Position numbers and translations under genes: made by a program
DNA from: a virus
Direction: 5' to 3' (one strand)
DNA length: 64,000 bases
IMG/VR virus record: IMGVR_UViG_3300032246_001368
Coordinates: 32,001 to 96,000 of that record
Notes under the pieces: generated by a model
The model's database searches: none
Told to the model about the DNA's origin: nothing
The model's input: only the letters and a program-made list of their open reading frames with translations
In this document: positions 9,634 through 20,210 of the stretch, piece after piece
Position numbering within the stretch: the stretch's first letter is position 1
How the letters are laid out: the number at the start of each line of letters is the position of its first letter

Positions 9634-12600
9634 ATGGCGATCACGGATCCAGCATTTTTTATTAAAACGGTAGGCTCCTGGCCTAATGAAGTCTATCAGA
9701 TAGCTCCATCAGCTCAACTTATTAATCCTAGCTTAGGATTTTTACCTGCTGAAAATCTTTTAAGGTATCAAAATAATCCAATCAATGAAACAGATAATTT
9801 AGCAGATTTTCAATATTCAAATACCAATTATTATCTCAACGCAGACACAGGACAATATAATATAGATACAAATAATAATGCTACCATTCAATGGAATGTA
9901 TCTAGCATGAGATACAAATATAATATTGGTCCCCAACTTAATTATTTTTATATAAACATCGATCAAAGTAGTTCTGTCAGAAACTACTACGCATATTTAT
10001 TATATCCCTATAAGCTTTCATTAAAGCCTACAGGCAAACCAACTAAAGTAGGTAATAACTGGAGTCTTACAACAACAACAGTTCTTGTAAATCCTTCAAG
10101 CTTTTTCTTTTATACTTCCTCTCCAGGAGCTGTTGGTTATGATCAGCATACAAAGTATCTCATAGATAATCCAGTAACAGGGCCATTAGGAATATCATCA
10201 AGCAATTATTCAATAGTATATAATCTTTGTGCTTGTCGAACACGAGTAGACGTGCCGATTGTTAAATTTACTAATACATATAATCCTTATTTTATAAACA
10301 CAGTCTTAGAGCCTAATGGTGCTAGCATAAGACCAGATTCTACATTTGTATCTTTCAACGTAAAATATCTCAGCACAAGTAAAACAGTTACTACACTTGG
10401 GCAAGATTTACCTGACGAGACACCAGGTCAACATCATGGATTTAAATCTAGTTATATATTGAAATATGATCCTACCGTATCTAACACACAAATATTCCAG
10501 TTAATTCAAAACAAACCAAAGAATGATACAAGAGATTTATTAGACCCCAATCTTTGTGTATTGAGTGCAACTATTAATTTAGATACTACCAACTTTAGAT
10601 ATTTTAGTAATTACTACTTTGTAAACAATACTACTATCATAAACAATATAACCGGAACTCCAGGTTCTTATATTGGTTTTAGATATATAGCGGACTGCCC
10701 CACTCTACAATATACCGGAGAAACATGGCAAAGTACTGTAGTAAGTTTTAACAATACGGGCGGCGCACAATTAGGAAAGCCTATTAATACTAATGTATCA
10801 GGATATGATTCCACAACATGGACAACCAAATACCCACCGCATTATTATTCTTTCAAAGCTTCATTATCTTCATCAACACAACTGCCGTTACTAGACACTG
10901 CTAGCTTAACCTTTTATCTATATTCTTCTGCGATTAATACATCTTTAACAACTGCTACTTTATCTACATATATAAAGTCGGATTTTAATTTTATTAAATA
11001 TGATCTTTGGACTTATAGTCAAAATGACTATATCAAATTCTCTCCGATCAATACAGATTCTTTATTACTGTCTTCTATATATTGCTATTATGGAAACAAT
11101 CAGGATATACCGTATTCATTGTTAACATCTCCTTGGATACCCGCATCTTCTGCAAACACATTTTTAGTTACCTATCCTGGTATTCCTTACGGTGAAATAG
11201 ACTTGACCCTTAGGCCAACACTTTGTTCTGTTGCTGGTTATTTAGATGCATATGAAGCCATAAACTTAAAAATGGCTCAAGGTTATAAACAACCAAATCC
11301 AGGCAATCCCATATTTTTAAATTTACTAGAAGAAGGCCAAGATTATATAAGTGTAAATTCATCATTCATGATCTCTGAAAGTGCTTGGCCTACTAGAGAT
11401 TTAAGAGATTCTTATATATCTTGGTCTGTATACCCTTCAGGAAATACTGTATCCATTAATGCTATCGACACCACAGGGGCATATATAACCAATATACAAC
11501 CAAATTCAGCAGTATTGTTTAATACTAATACTTGGTCAGTTATGGTATCTGGTTATGGACCACAAACAACCTTTATATATCTTTCTTCTCAAAAATATAA
11601 TGAGACAACTTCTCTCACGAGTAATTCAGCTCTATTTGATTATTTTGCAGAAAATCAATTCATAGTAGGACCTTCAATAGGGCTTAATAACCTTAACCAA
11701 ACTCGAACCATTCAATTGACAGCGGTAGTTCCTTATAAGGGTAGAATTTACAGTGTACCAAGCAGCACACCTATTTACTGGTATTGGACCTACGATGATA
11801 TCGATGATGCTTCTCTTCAGCCTATAGAAGCGTCTTATAAAGATTACACAAATTACGATTATGGCATAACAGATAATGCTTCCACTCTTAGTGCTCTTAA
11901 TTTAAGAATAACCCCCCCCTCTGTTATACAATCACCCAACGTACACAGTATTAAAGTATTTGTAGTATCGTATACAAAGATGCCTCCAATATCTGGTTCT
12001 TATCAATTCTATGTTGATGATTTTCCATCTTCAAGTGTATTCAACACCAATTTTACAACTTCATATACTTCATATCCTCTAACAACTATATCCGATAATA
12101 GCTCTGGAAGAACCGTTGTAACTCGTCCAGATAATGGTACCAATTTATTCACATTATCAGCTAATACAAACTCAGTACCTTTCTTAGATCCTACAAGTAT
12201 TGTTTGGGTATTAAGTTCAACAAATGGCAGTTCCCAAACACTATCAAATAGTGCTAATCCTTTTAGTATAAATCTTTCATCACCAGCAACCACAAATGTT
12301 TCTCTTTGTGCTTTAAATTGCATAGTGCCGGGATGGATAAGTGCTCATAATACACAAGCATCCGCTGTGTTTTATATAATGTCACAAAATGACTTTTTTA
12401 ACCCTTTAAAAATAATAACATTCCCTTCAGAATCCTGGTTGCAGCGCACTCAATACCTCACATTTTTAGATCAGAATAATTACACTTTATTCGGAGCATC
12501 GACTGCATATGCTAATAAAAAGACATCATCCCAAATTTTCTATCTATCTGCTAATAAATCAGATTTTAATGAATACATATATACAGTAGGATCTAAAAAT

Positions 12601-15294
12601 CTAGTAACTCCTTTAATAGACTCAAACAACTATTTTGATAGTGCAGACATACCTTATAGAAGTGAATTATTTTCTGCGACAGGATTAAAAATTAGTCTCA
12701 CAGCTTTCAATGAAAAATTTACAAAAGAAAATGGATTGAATTATATAGCTCCTGTAGGCAGCACTCTTCGTACATTATATTTCAATATAACATCATCAAC
12801 CATACCTTCACAAAGTGCAGGATTAACTGGTTTTAATGTAAATCCTAAACTTGTACCTTATAATGATGTATCCTTTAGTTTTAATGTTAATAACAGTTCT
12901 TTAAATTTAGATTTTAATAGACTTATATCAGTCACTCAAACAATATCTACTTCACCTTACTTTGGGCCAGCATTTCCCACTACAAATGGAACTATAACAT
13001 ATACCCTATATACTGATTCATGGTCAAAGAATATAATTGTACCAGCTGTAAACGGCACAATTAATTTACCTTCTCTCAAAATAGGAGATCCTTTTGAAAC
13101 TGGATTTGTCGGTAATGACTCAACGGTTTTACATGTAAAAGCATCTGCCAGTCTCGTAAAACAAATACCTCAAACTACATTTGATAACTATACATTATTT
13201 GATTATAATGGTAATAGGGATTTATGGACTCCAGTTACTCAAAACATATCCTCATATGGTAGCCCAGTAACCATTGTAGCGTATATCACTGCTATTAATC
13301 CTGAAATATATATTTCTTCCTTTTATAATCTTTCTGGATATGATTTATCGCTTCAATATAAAACCCCTACAAATTCTAGTGGTTATTATATAACTCAATA
13401 TGTAACAGATTTCAAAGAACCTAACGGAGTAAAATATTCGTTACCAGAAGACACTATAAATTATGCATATAGTTCGGTAGGAACATTCTATATTTCTTAT
13501 AGTGCAATATATAATGACGGATCAATTAAAACATTTGATGTGTCTAACCCTATCATAGTTAAGTCTTCCTGGGTTTCTTATGATCAAGAAGACATAAGAA
13601 TGTTAAACGAAACTGAATTATTATTTCCTTATAACTTAAATGACATATTGATTCAACCTAATGAGTGGGGCGATGCTGATATCTTTAATACAGCCATTAC
13701 GCGTATCCAAGATAACCTAGATTATCTTAAATCCAATTCTCAGACCATTAACACGGATTCACCTACTGTATATTTCGGATGGCTTGGATGTAACAGAAGT
13801 AACAAATATGACGGTATTCGTTGGTATAGCAGAGAGTATGGATCTGATTATTTCGAAAATGCTAATTTTGCAATTTCATCAGGCAATTCATATTTTACAA
13901 ATCTTAAGAGCATTGCTCAAAGTGATTCTCATATATTTGTTTTAGATGGTACCTCCATAAGAGTATTCACTAATGATAAAAATCCTCAAGAGTTACTCTT
14001 CCCTAATATAGATGAACTCAATAAGATGTTGGATAATCCAGTTGACATATCAATAGACAGTACAGGAACTATATTGTTTGTTCTCGATTCTTCAAAAAAT
14101 AGAATATACAGATTTGATTTAGATTTATCCTCTCAACCTTACATCAATATTACGTTAAGTGTAGGAGGGTTTGGTAAGATAACTGATCCTAATAAATTCA
14201 ATACTCCGACTCAAATGTCTTTCGGAGGAGATAACCTATTTGTATTGGATTATAACAATAGATGTGTTAAAGAATACAATAGCTATTTAAATTGGATACA
14301 TACATATAACATAGATTCCTTCGACATTGACAGACCGGTAGACGTAGCAGCACATGATTCTTCTATAGTTTACGTATTAACAGAAAAACGTGATGTTTAT
14401 GTATTTGACAATGCCAATAATGTACCATTGAAAATGTTTTCTGTTACAGAGACATTTGGTGGTGGTAACGTGGTTGAAATGTTTTTTGACGAACCGGGAG
14501 AATTCTTATATATAGTTACAGAGAAATTTATATACAAATATTCAGCCATTGGTTATTATATATCCATTTTAACTATCCCTAATAATGGGTTGCTTTCATA
14601 TACGGCAGCTAACAAATCACCTGCTAGAAGTTTAATATTCTCAACTGCAAGAGGCATAATCAAAGTTCAAGATCTTGTTGATATCTTTAGAATAGGAGAT
14701 GGTAATGCTAAGCAATATTGGTCTACTGATCAATTAAAAATCCAAAGAAAAGAATTAGCACATGATTTTAATTATAATAAATCATTAACTAGAATGGCTC
14801 AGAATTTAAAGACCTTTAGAAATTCTATTAATGCTATATTCACTTTAGTAACAGAACAAACTAATACAGGCACCGTCACCTATTTCTCACTACAACCTTT
14901 ACTCAAAGAAAGCAGACCAGTATTTGATCCGTATGTTGAAGCTGAAAAATTATACATAGGTGTTAATGAATTGCATATACCGCAAGTTATCAATAGAGAA
15001 TTAGAAAGATTATACAATGCAGTAGAATCTTTGAGAATTACTCTTAATATGTCTGACTTGAATATAGTAAACAATAGTTCAAGTGGAACAAACACTTGCC
15101 AGGGTGTGTTTTGTTGGTCTTGGTCTTCTATGGGTTCCTATAATTTAACATTACCTCTTATAAGAATATGTAATGTTAATCCTATAACATACGATGAGCT
15201 CAAAACTCAATTCCCAGTGAATTATGCACCTTCTAAAATTTGGGCTAATGCTACTTCTGAATGTTGTAATCAATATGAAAATCCTTTACCCTAA
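9634..15294 (+). CDS. Very large virion structural protein with C-terminal NHL-type repeats
   Basis: 1886 aa, S/T/N/Y-rich; PVDISIDSTG...VLDSSKNRIY and FNTPTQM...VLDYNNRCVK repeats; TAAATA at 9619. Confidence 0.65.
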   Translation: MAITDPAFFIKTVGSWPNEVYQIAPSAQLINPSLGFLPAENLLRYQNNPINETDNLADFQYSNTNYYLNADTGQYNIDTNNNATIQWNVSSMRYKYNIGPQLNYFYINIDQSSSVRNYYAYLLYPYKLSLKPTGKPTKVGNNWSLTTTTVLVNPSSFFFYTSSPGAVGYDQHTKYLIDNPVTGPLGISSSNYSIVYNLCACRTRVDVPIVKFTNTYNPYFINTVLEPNGASIRPDSTFVSFNVKYLSTSKTVTTLGQDLPDETPGQHHGFKSSYILKYDPTVSNTQIFQLIQNKPKNDTRDLLDPNLCVLSATINLDTTNFRYFSNYYFVNNTTIINNITGTPGSYIGFRYIADCPTLQYTGETWQSTVVSFNNTGGAQLGKPINTNVSGYDSTTWTTKYPPHYYSFKASLSSSTQLPLLDTASLTFYLYSSAINTSLTTATLSTYIKSDFNFIKYDLWTYSQNDYIKFSPINTDSLLLSSIYCYYGNNQDIPYSLLTSPWIPASSANTFLVTYPGIPYGEIDLTLRPTLCSVAGYLDAYEAINLKMAQGYKQPNPGNPIFLNLLEEGQDYISVNSSFMISESAWPTRDLRDSYISWSVYPSGNTVSINAIDTTGAYITNIQPNSAVLFNTNTWSVMVSGYGPQTTFIYLSSQKYNETTSLTSNSALFDYFAENQFIVGPSIGLNNLNQTRTIQLTAVVPYKGRIYSVPSSTPIYWYWTYDDIDDASLQPIEASYKDYTNYDYGITDNASTLSALNLRITPPSVIQSPNVHSIKVFVVSYTKMPPISGSYQFYVDDFPSSSVFNTNFTTSYTSYPLTTISDNSSGRTVVTRPDNGTNLFTLSANTNSVPFLDPTSIVWVLSSTNGSSQTLSNSANPFSINLSSPATTNVSLCALNCIVPGWISAHNTQASAVFYIMSQNDFFNPLKIITFPSESWLQRTQYLTFLDQNNYTLFGASTAYANKKTSSQIFYLSANKSDFNEYIYTVGSKNLVTPLIDSNNYFDSADIPYRSELFSATGLKISLTAFNEKFTKENGLNYIAPVGSTLRTLYFNITSSTIPSQSAGLTGFNVNPKLVPYNDVSFSFNVNNSSLNLDFNRLISVTQTISTSPYFGPAFPTTNGTITYTLYTDSWSKNIIVPAVNGTINLPSLKIGDPFETGFVGNDSTVLHVKASASLVKQIPQTTFDNYTLFDYNGNRDLWTPVTQNISSYGSPVTIVAYITAINPEIYISSFYNLSGYDLSLQYKTPTNSSGYYITQYVTDFKEPNGVKYSLPEDTINYAYSSVGTFYISYSAIYNDGSIKTFDVSNPIIVKSSWVSYDQEDIRMLNETELLFPYNLNDILIQPNEWGDADIFNTAITRIQDNLDYLKSNSQTINTDSPTVYFGWLGCNRSNKYDGIRWYSREYGSDYFENANFAISSGNSYFTNLKSIAQSDSHIFVLDGTSIRVFTNDKNPQELLFPNIDELNKMLDNPVDISIDSTGTILFVLDSSKNRIYRFDLDLSSQPYINITLSVGGFGKITDPNKFNTPTQMSFGGDNLFVLDYNNRCVKEYNSYLNWIHTYNIDSFDIDRPVDVAAHDSSIVYVLTEKRDVYVFDNANNVPLKMFSVTETFGGGNVVEMFFDEPGEFLYIVTEKFIYKYSAIGYYISILTIPNNGLLSYTAANKSPARSLIFSTARGIIKVQDLVDIFRIGDGNAKQYWSTDQLKIQRKELAHDFNYNKSLTRMAQNLKTFRNSINAIFTLVTEQTNTGTVTYFSLQPLLKESRPVFDPYVEAEKLYIGVNELHIPQVINRELERLYNAVESLRITLNMSDLNIVNNSSSGTNTCQGVFCWSWSSMGSYNLTLPLIRICNVNPITYDELKTQFPVNYAPSKIWANATSECCNQYENPLP

Positions 15295-15374
15295 GGGATA
15301 AGTAATATTACATTCAAGAATAGTAACCCTTAGTAATAAGCGGTTCCTGATAAAATCAGAGACTTGAGAATAAT

Positions 15375-18300
15375 ATGAGCAATAGATTTCACCCCAAATG
15401 GCATAGAAAAAACCACCACACATACGGCAACGACAATAACCCAGACGCAAGTCATGATCCTATTGCTAGTCGTGAACAGCCCTTTAGAGGAGACTTCATC
15501 TTAAAAGGTTCATTAAGTGCTGTTGCATCCTTAAGTGCATTTGCAGCTTTCTTTTATAGCAGCAATACAGCTATCAGCGCCATAGCAGGTAAAAGAGGAG
15601 CTTACATTTATAGCACAGGGGATTTGGGAATTGAAGTACAAAGCACAGCTCGTACAGCTATTAGTGCTTATGGAGATTATATAGGCGTAGAAGCTACAAG
15701 TGAGACTATAGCTATTTCTGCCAATGCTCCTTCTTTTGGTATTATAGTTAGTTCTGCATCAAGAGCAATTTCGGCTTATGGTGGATTAATTGGTTTAGAA
15801 GTAGGATCTCGTAATATAGCCCTTAGTGCTGCCGCTAACAATATTGGTGCTGTAGTATTTTCTCGTAATATAGGGTTAAGTGCTCTTGCCGATTCTGTGG
15901 GTATTTCTACTGCCTCGCCAAATATTGCATTAAGTGCATTTGGAACCAGAATTGGTATAGCCGCGACATCACCAACCGTTGCATTAAGTGCTTTCGGTAA
16001 TGGTTTAGGAATTACAACTTCTTCCCCTAATGTTGCATTAAGTGCTTTTGGTAATAATATTGCTATAGCATCTACATCACCAAATATTTCATTAAGTGCA
16101 TTCGGTAATAATTTAGGAGGCACTATATCATCTCCTAATATTGCGTTGAGTGCATTTGGTAATAATATTGGTATATCTACAACATCTCCCAATATCTCTC
16201 TAAGTGCCTTTGGTAATAATATAGGTATCTCTACCTCATCTCCCAATATTGCATTAAGTGCATTTGGTAATAATATAGCGTCAGTATTAAATTCTCCCAA
16301 TATAGCATTAAGTGCATTCGGTAATAATATCGCCGGTGTGTTCCTTAGTAATACAGTATGTCTATCAACTAATGGCGGAATTACAGATGCTTACCCGGTT
16401 AAAAATAATCCTTACTACGGACCAAATTATATATCAAAAAATGTTTTAAATAACAGAACTGGTATCTTTACAGAAAATCCGTTATCAGCATTCCATGTTA
16501 CTGGTGGATCTCTTTTTGATGGTCATATGACTATTACCGGCAACCTTTCAGTTGCCGGTGATCTTACACGTTTTGATACATATGTTTATATAACTAGTAG
16601 TGTTGAAATCAATGTACAAAATAATTCAAATACCACACCAGCATTGTATGTAATAAATAGAGGTAACAATAAAGTTATAGCTGCTTATGATGGTGATGTC
16701 AATAATCCAGGTCTTATAGTAGATGGCGATTCATCGCGTCCGGGATATGTTGGTATGGGTGTAACAAACCCTGAAGTACGATTAGATATTTATAATAATG
16801 CTACAGGCACACCACAATCAGCATCGGCTGCTACTGGTACAGTGGTGCATGTATCTCAAGCTGATGCGTCTCCAAGTAGAATATTAGTAGATTCTTTCGG
16901 TGTAGCATCAGCAGCCAGACCTTCATTTACCGGAAGACATAGTAATGGTACAGCTGCAGCACCTACCGCTGTACAGGGTAATGATGTTCTTTGTGAATTT
17001 ACAGGACAAGGCTATGGAACATCTGCATATAGTACCACTTCAAGAGGTAGAATGAAAATCAATGCTGATGAAGCATGGACTAATTCAGCACAAGGAACTT
17101 ATCTATCTTTTGAAACTACTCAGCGTGGTGGTCTTATCACGTCAGAGGTAATGAAAATTTCTAGCAACGGTTTCGTTGGTATTAATACAACAGTACCTAA
17201 TGAAAGATTAACTGTTGCAGGTAGTATCAGTGCTCAGAATAATCTTTCAGCGGTTTACATTCACGTAGCCCCTGGCATGAATGTAAATTATCCTTCATAT
17301 CCCAATGTGAGAGCATCCTTTGTTTCCTTTATAGACGGATATGCTCAGGTAAATGCTCAGAATTTAAATTCTGGCAATGCAGCATCTACAGATATCATTC
17401 TCACAAGTGATAACGGATCAGATACAGCCAATTATCTTGATCTTGGTATTAACAGCAGTACATATAACCAAGCCGCATTTAATATAACTGGAGTAGGTGA
17501 CGGTTATTTATATGTACAGAATAATGATTTAACAATCGGTACCGCTGGTGCCGCAGACACAACCAATGATCTTATCTTCCATACTGGAGGAACGACAACT
17601 TCACAAGAAAGAATCCGTATTACCAAAACTGGTGTTACTACAATTAACAATGTTACAAATGCTAATGTATCTATTAATAACGCTTCTTCAGGAACAGGTA
17701 CCACCAGCATACATAACAATACTACCAACACTGCAGCATTAGCAATAGGAAATACAGCCGCTCCTGCCACTGTAGGTGCTAGCACATTAGGTATAACCAC
17801 AACCGGTCAAGTAGACTTAAATTCAAGTACAGCAAAAACTTCTAACATTAATACTGGTAGCGGTGCTGTTACAACAACTATTGGTAATGCAGGTACAGTA
17901 GCTATTAACGGAACAACAAACGTTACAGGTACCACAACAATTGCTGGTAATTCTACAATCGCCAACACAGCCGGTAACACTTTAACAATAGGTAATAGTA
18001 CAGGAGCAGTAACAGCCAATGCTAGTACATATGGATTAACTGCTGCCAGCACCTTAGATTTAACAAGTGGTGGTACTTTAACCATTAATGCCACAACTGG
18101 AAGAACATCGAACATTAACACCGGTAGTGGTGCGGTAACAACTACAATAGGTAATAATACAGCTTCTAATGTAACAGTAGTAAACAGTCAAAGTGTAACT
18201 GCTCCTAATCAAACATATGTAGATGGTACATCTGTTATAACAGGGTCATTAGGTGATGCCAGATATGGTCAACAACTTAAATATTTCCGTACTTCAGATT

Positions 18301-18722
18301 TAAGTCGCTTATCTACAACAACTCTTGCTAATGATGATGTATTAATCATTCCTGCGGCTTCTCTATTAGCTAATAAAACATATTCAATAGAATGTGTTCT
18401 TAATTTCTCAAGTGCTGTCATAACTAATGGTGCTAGAATAGCCTTTAGTGATGCTAGTGGTAGTGTTACCAATGTTTCTATAACAGATATATATGGTGCT
18501 AATGGTACAGCAAGTGTTGCTGGTTATACCTCTTTTGTTGCTGCAAATAATACCACTATTGTAGTCACAGGAACAACTCCTATAACATTTACAAGAAAAG
18601 GAACTTTCAGAACAGGAGCTTCACCCGGCAATATAACTCTTCAATGGGCTCAAGGTACAAGTATAGCCACAAATACCACTCTTAAGGCTGGTAGTTATTT
18701 AGCCGCAACACTTTTAGGATAA
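15375..18722 (+). CDS. Tail fibre/spike protein
   Basis: 18-aa tandem repeats, GFVGINTTVPNERLTVAG fibre motifs, T/G/A-rich beta region and a C-terminal WAQ-containing domain. Confidence 0.75.
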   Translation: MSNRFHPKWHRKNHHTYGNDNNPDASHDPIASREQPFRGDFILKGSLSAVASLSAFAAFFYSSNTAISAIAGKRGAYIYSTGDLGIEVQSTARTAISAYGDYIGVEATSETIAISANAPSFGIIVSSASRAISAYGGLIGLEVGSRNIALSAAANNIGAVVFSRNIGLSALADSVGISTASPNIALSAFGTRIGIAATSPTVALSAFGNGLGITTSSPNVALSAFGNNIAIASTSPNISLSAFGNNLGGTISSPNIALSAFGNNIGISTTSPNISLSAFGNNIGISTSSPNIALSAFGNNIASVLNSPNIALSAFGNNIAGVFLSNTVCLSTNGGITDAYPVKNNPYYGPNYISKNVLNNRTGIFTENPLSAFHVTGGSLFDGHMTITGNLSVAGDLTRFDTYVYITSSVEINVQNNSNTTPALYVINRGNNKVIAAYDGDVNNPGLIVDGDSSRPGYVGMGVTNPEVRLDIYNNATGTPQSASAATGTVVHVSQADASPSRILVDSFGVASAARPSFTGRHSNGTAAAPTAVQGNDVLCEFTGQGYGTSAYSTTSRGRMKINADEAWTNSAQGTYLSFETTQRGGLITSEVMKISSNGFVGINTTVPNERLTVAGSISAQNNLSAVYIHVAPGMNVNYPSYPNVRASFVSFIDGYAQVNAQNLNSGNAASTDIILTSDNGSDTANYLDLGINSSTYNQAAFNITGVGDGYLYVQNNDLTIGTAGAADTTNDLIFHTGGTTTSQERIRITKTGVTTINNVTNANVSINNASSGTGTTSIHNNTTNTAALAIGNTAAPATVGASTLGITTTGQVDLNSSTAKTSNINTGSGAVTTTIGNAGTVAINGTTNVTGTTTIAGNSTIANTAGNTLTIGNSTGAVTANASTYGLTAASTLDLTSGGTLTINATTGRTSNINTGSGAVTTTIGNNTASNVTVVNSQSVTAPNQTYVDGTSVITGSLGDARYGQQLKYFRTSDLSRLSTTTLANDDVLIIPAASLLANKTYSIECVLNFSSAVITNGARIAFSDASGSVTNVSITDIYGANGTASVAGYTSFVAANNTTIVVTGTTPITFTRKGTFRTGASPGNITLQWAQGTSIATNTTLKAGSYLAATLLG
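15810..16340 (+). repeat. 54-bp coding tandem repeat (ALSAFGNNIGISTTSPNI) in the fibre gene
   Basis: (G/T)CATTAAGTGC recurs with a 54-nt period (e.g. 15981, 16035, 16089). Confidence 0.9.
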
Positions 18723-18762
18723 TATAGTCTTTAAAATTGAAACTTTACATTAAATATTATTA

Positions 18763-19416
18763 ATGGCATACTCAGCTACTGTATCATTAACCTCTACAAA
18801 TTTTATATCCTTAAGTGGGGTATCACCTTTTGAGTTGACCATAGACCCAAAAAATATTGATGTGCCTAATAAAATAAGACGCATTGAATATGATTTTGAT
18901 GACGGCACAATCATTACACAATCCTTGTTTGGCCCAGAAGTTGTAGGCTCCACGGAAACCAATGATCCTAGAAATTTTTCCAAAACAAATTTTTATAATC
19001 TTGTTGATGAATACAGAAAAACATTTACAGTAAAAACAAAGGTATATCAATTGGGTTTCGAATCTCCTACAATTTTTACAATATCTCTCAACCTTACAGT
19101 ACCTACACTAGAGGGATTAGATGGAGGATATTTTGAAAAATTACATTTAATATCCACACGTATGTTTGGACCTAATAATGATATGGTCTATGTTTTCGAA
19201 AGTGAAAACCCTTATTATATTTTACCGGTTTTAGTTAATTGGAAATCCAGACCTATAGAACCTATTATACCAATTATAAATACTCCATACAGACCTTACA
19301 AATTATTAGCACCTTTTGAGGATGAAAGAAGTACCTCTATAGGAACTAGTGGACAAATAGATACAGTAACGGATACACCCGCACCTCCGGGAGTAACAGA
19401 CACAGGAGTATATTAA
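18763..19416 (+). CDS. Virion structural protein (PKD-like YDFDDG motif)
   Basis: In the tail module; TAAATA at 18751. Confidence 0.55.
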   Translation: MAYSATVSLTSTNFISLSGVSPFELTIDPKNIDVPNKIRRIEYDFDDGTIITQSLFGPEVVGSTETNDPRNFSKTNFYNLVDEYRKTFTVKTKVYQLGFESPTIFTISLNLTVPTLEGLDGGYFEKLHLISTRMFGPNNDMVYVFESENPYYILPVLVNWKSRPIEPIIPIINTPYRPYKLLAPFEDERSTSIGTSGQIDTVTDTPAPPGVTDTGVY

Positions 19417-19417
19417 T

Positions 19418-20167
19418 ATGAGTAACTATAACACTGTATTATCACCAGGCGAACTCTGGTTAAGAAACGCGGCAGGGGTTTTAGACTCTGCTAATAATTC
19501 ATTATCGACTGTCTTCATAAAATATAAAGATGCCAATGCTAATTTTTATTCAGAATTATCATCTAATAATATAACTAGATTTGATGTTTTTTATGATTGT
19601 ATTTTCGTTGAAACACGTTCTGGTTATATCTTTGAAAAAATATACATAGAAGATTCTACCATTAAACCTTTCAATTATAGAAATAATTTCACACAAAGAG
19701 CTCGTGCAGCAGTAGATTATTGGTTTGATGAAAGAAAAAATAGAATTCATTTTACTCAAATACAAACATTAACTCAAACCCAAAGCGCTTTTGATTTTTA
19801 TCTAGATATTAAAACATTTGATTGTTATGAGAGTTCTATAACAACTTCTAGTATTAACCAAGTACATCTAGCCTTTTTAAAATCTTTCAATTGGTCTGTA
19901 TCTTGTTATCAATTAGAAACTCCTAAAATAACATATAACCCTGATAACAAATATTATAATGTGTCTTTTGTCTTTAGAAACTCTTCTGAAGAAATGTCTT
20001 TAGCCAGTATTAATTTATTCGAAGAATCTAATTTAAAAATCAAAGAAATAAACACCTATATACCATTTGCAGAATTGGATAATAACAATTCATTCAATAT
20101 AGAAATAACCTCCGGTCCTTTGTATGATATATTAGTATCAACAAATTACAATATCATATTAAGCTAA
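19418..20167 (+). CDS. Hypothetical virion protein
   Basis: 249-aa ORF translationally coupled within the tail module. Confidence 0.55.
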   Translation: MSNYNTVLSPGELWLRNAAGVLDSANNSLSTVFIKYKDANANFYSELSSNNITRFDVFYDCIFVETRSGYIFEKIYIEDSTIKPFNYRNNFTQRARAAVDYWFDERKNRIHFTQIQTLTQTQSAFDFYLDIKTFDCYESSITTSSINQVHLAFLKSFNWSVSCYQLETPKITYNPDNKYYNVSFVFRNSSEEMSLASINLFEESNLKIKEINTYIPFAELDNNNSFNIEITSGPLYDILVSTNYNIILS

Positions 20168-20210
20168 AAATAGTAGAGGTATATTTGTACTTTCTTTCTA
20201 AATATTATAA

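Noticed and set aside
15776-18472. Minus-strand ORFs over the tail fibre (and similar shadows over other long genes)
   Set aside because: Antisense shadows of repetitive or biased coding sequence with no promoter or motif.
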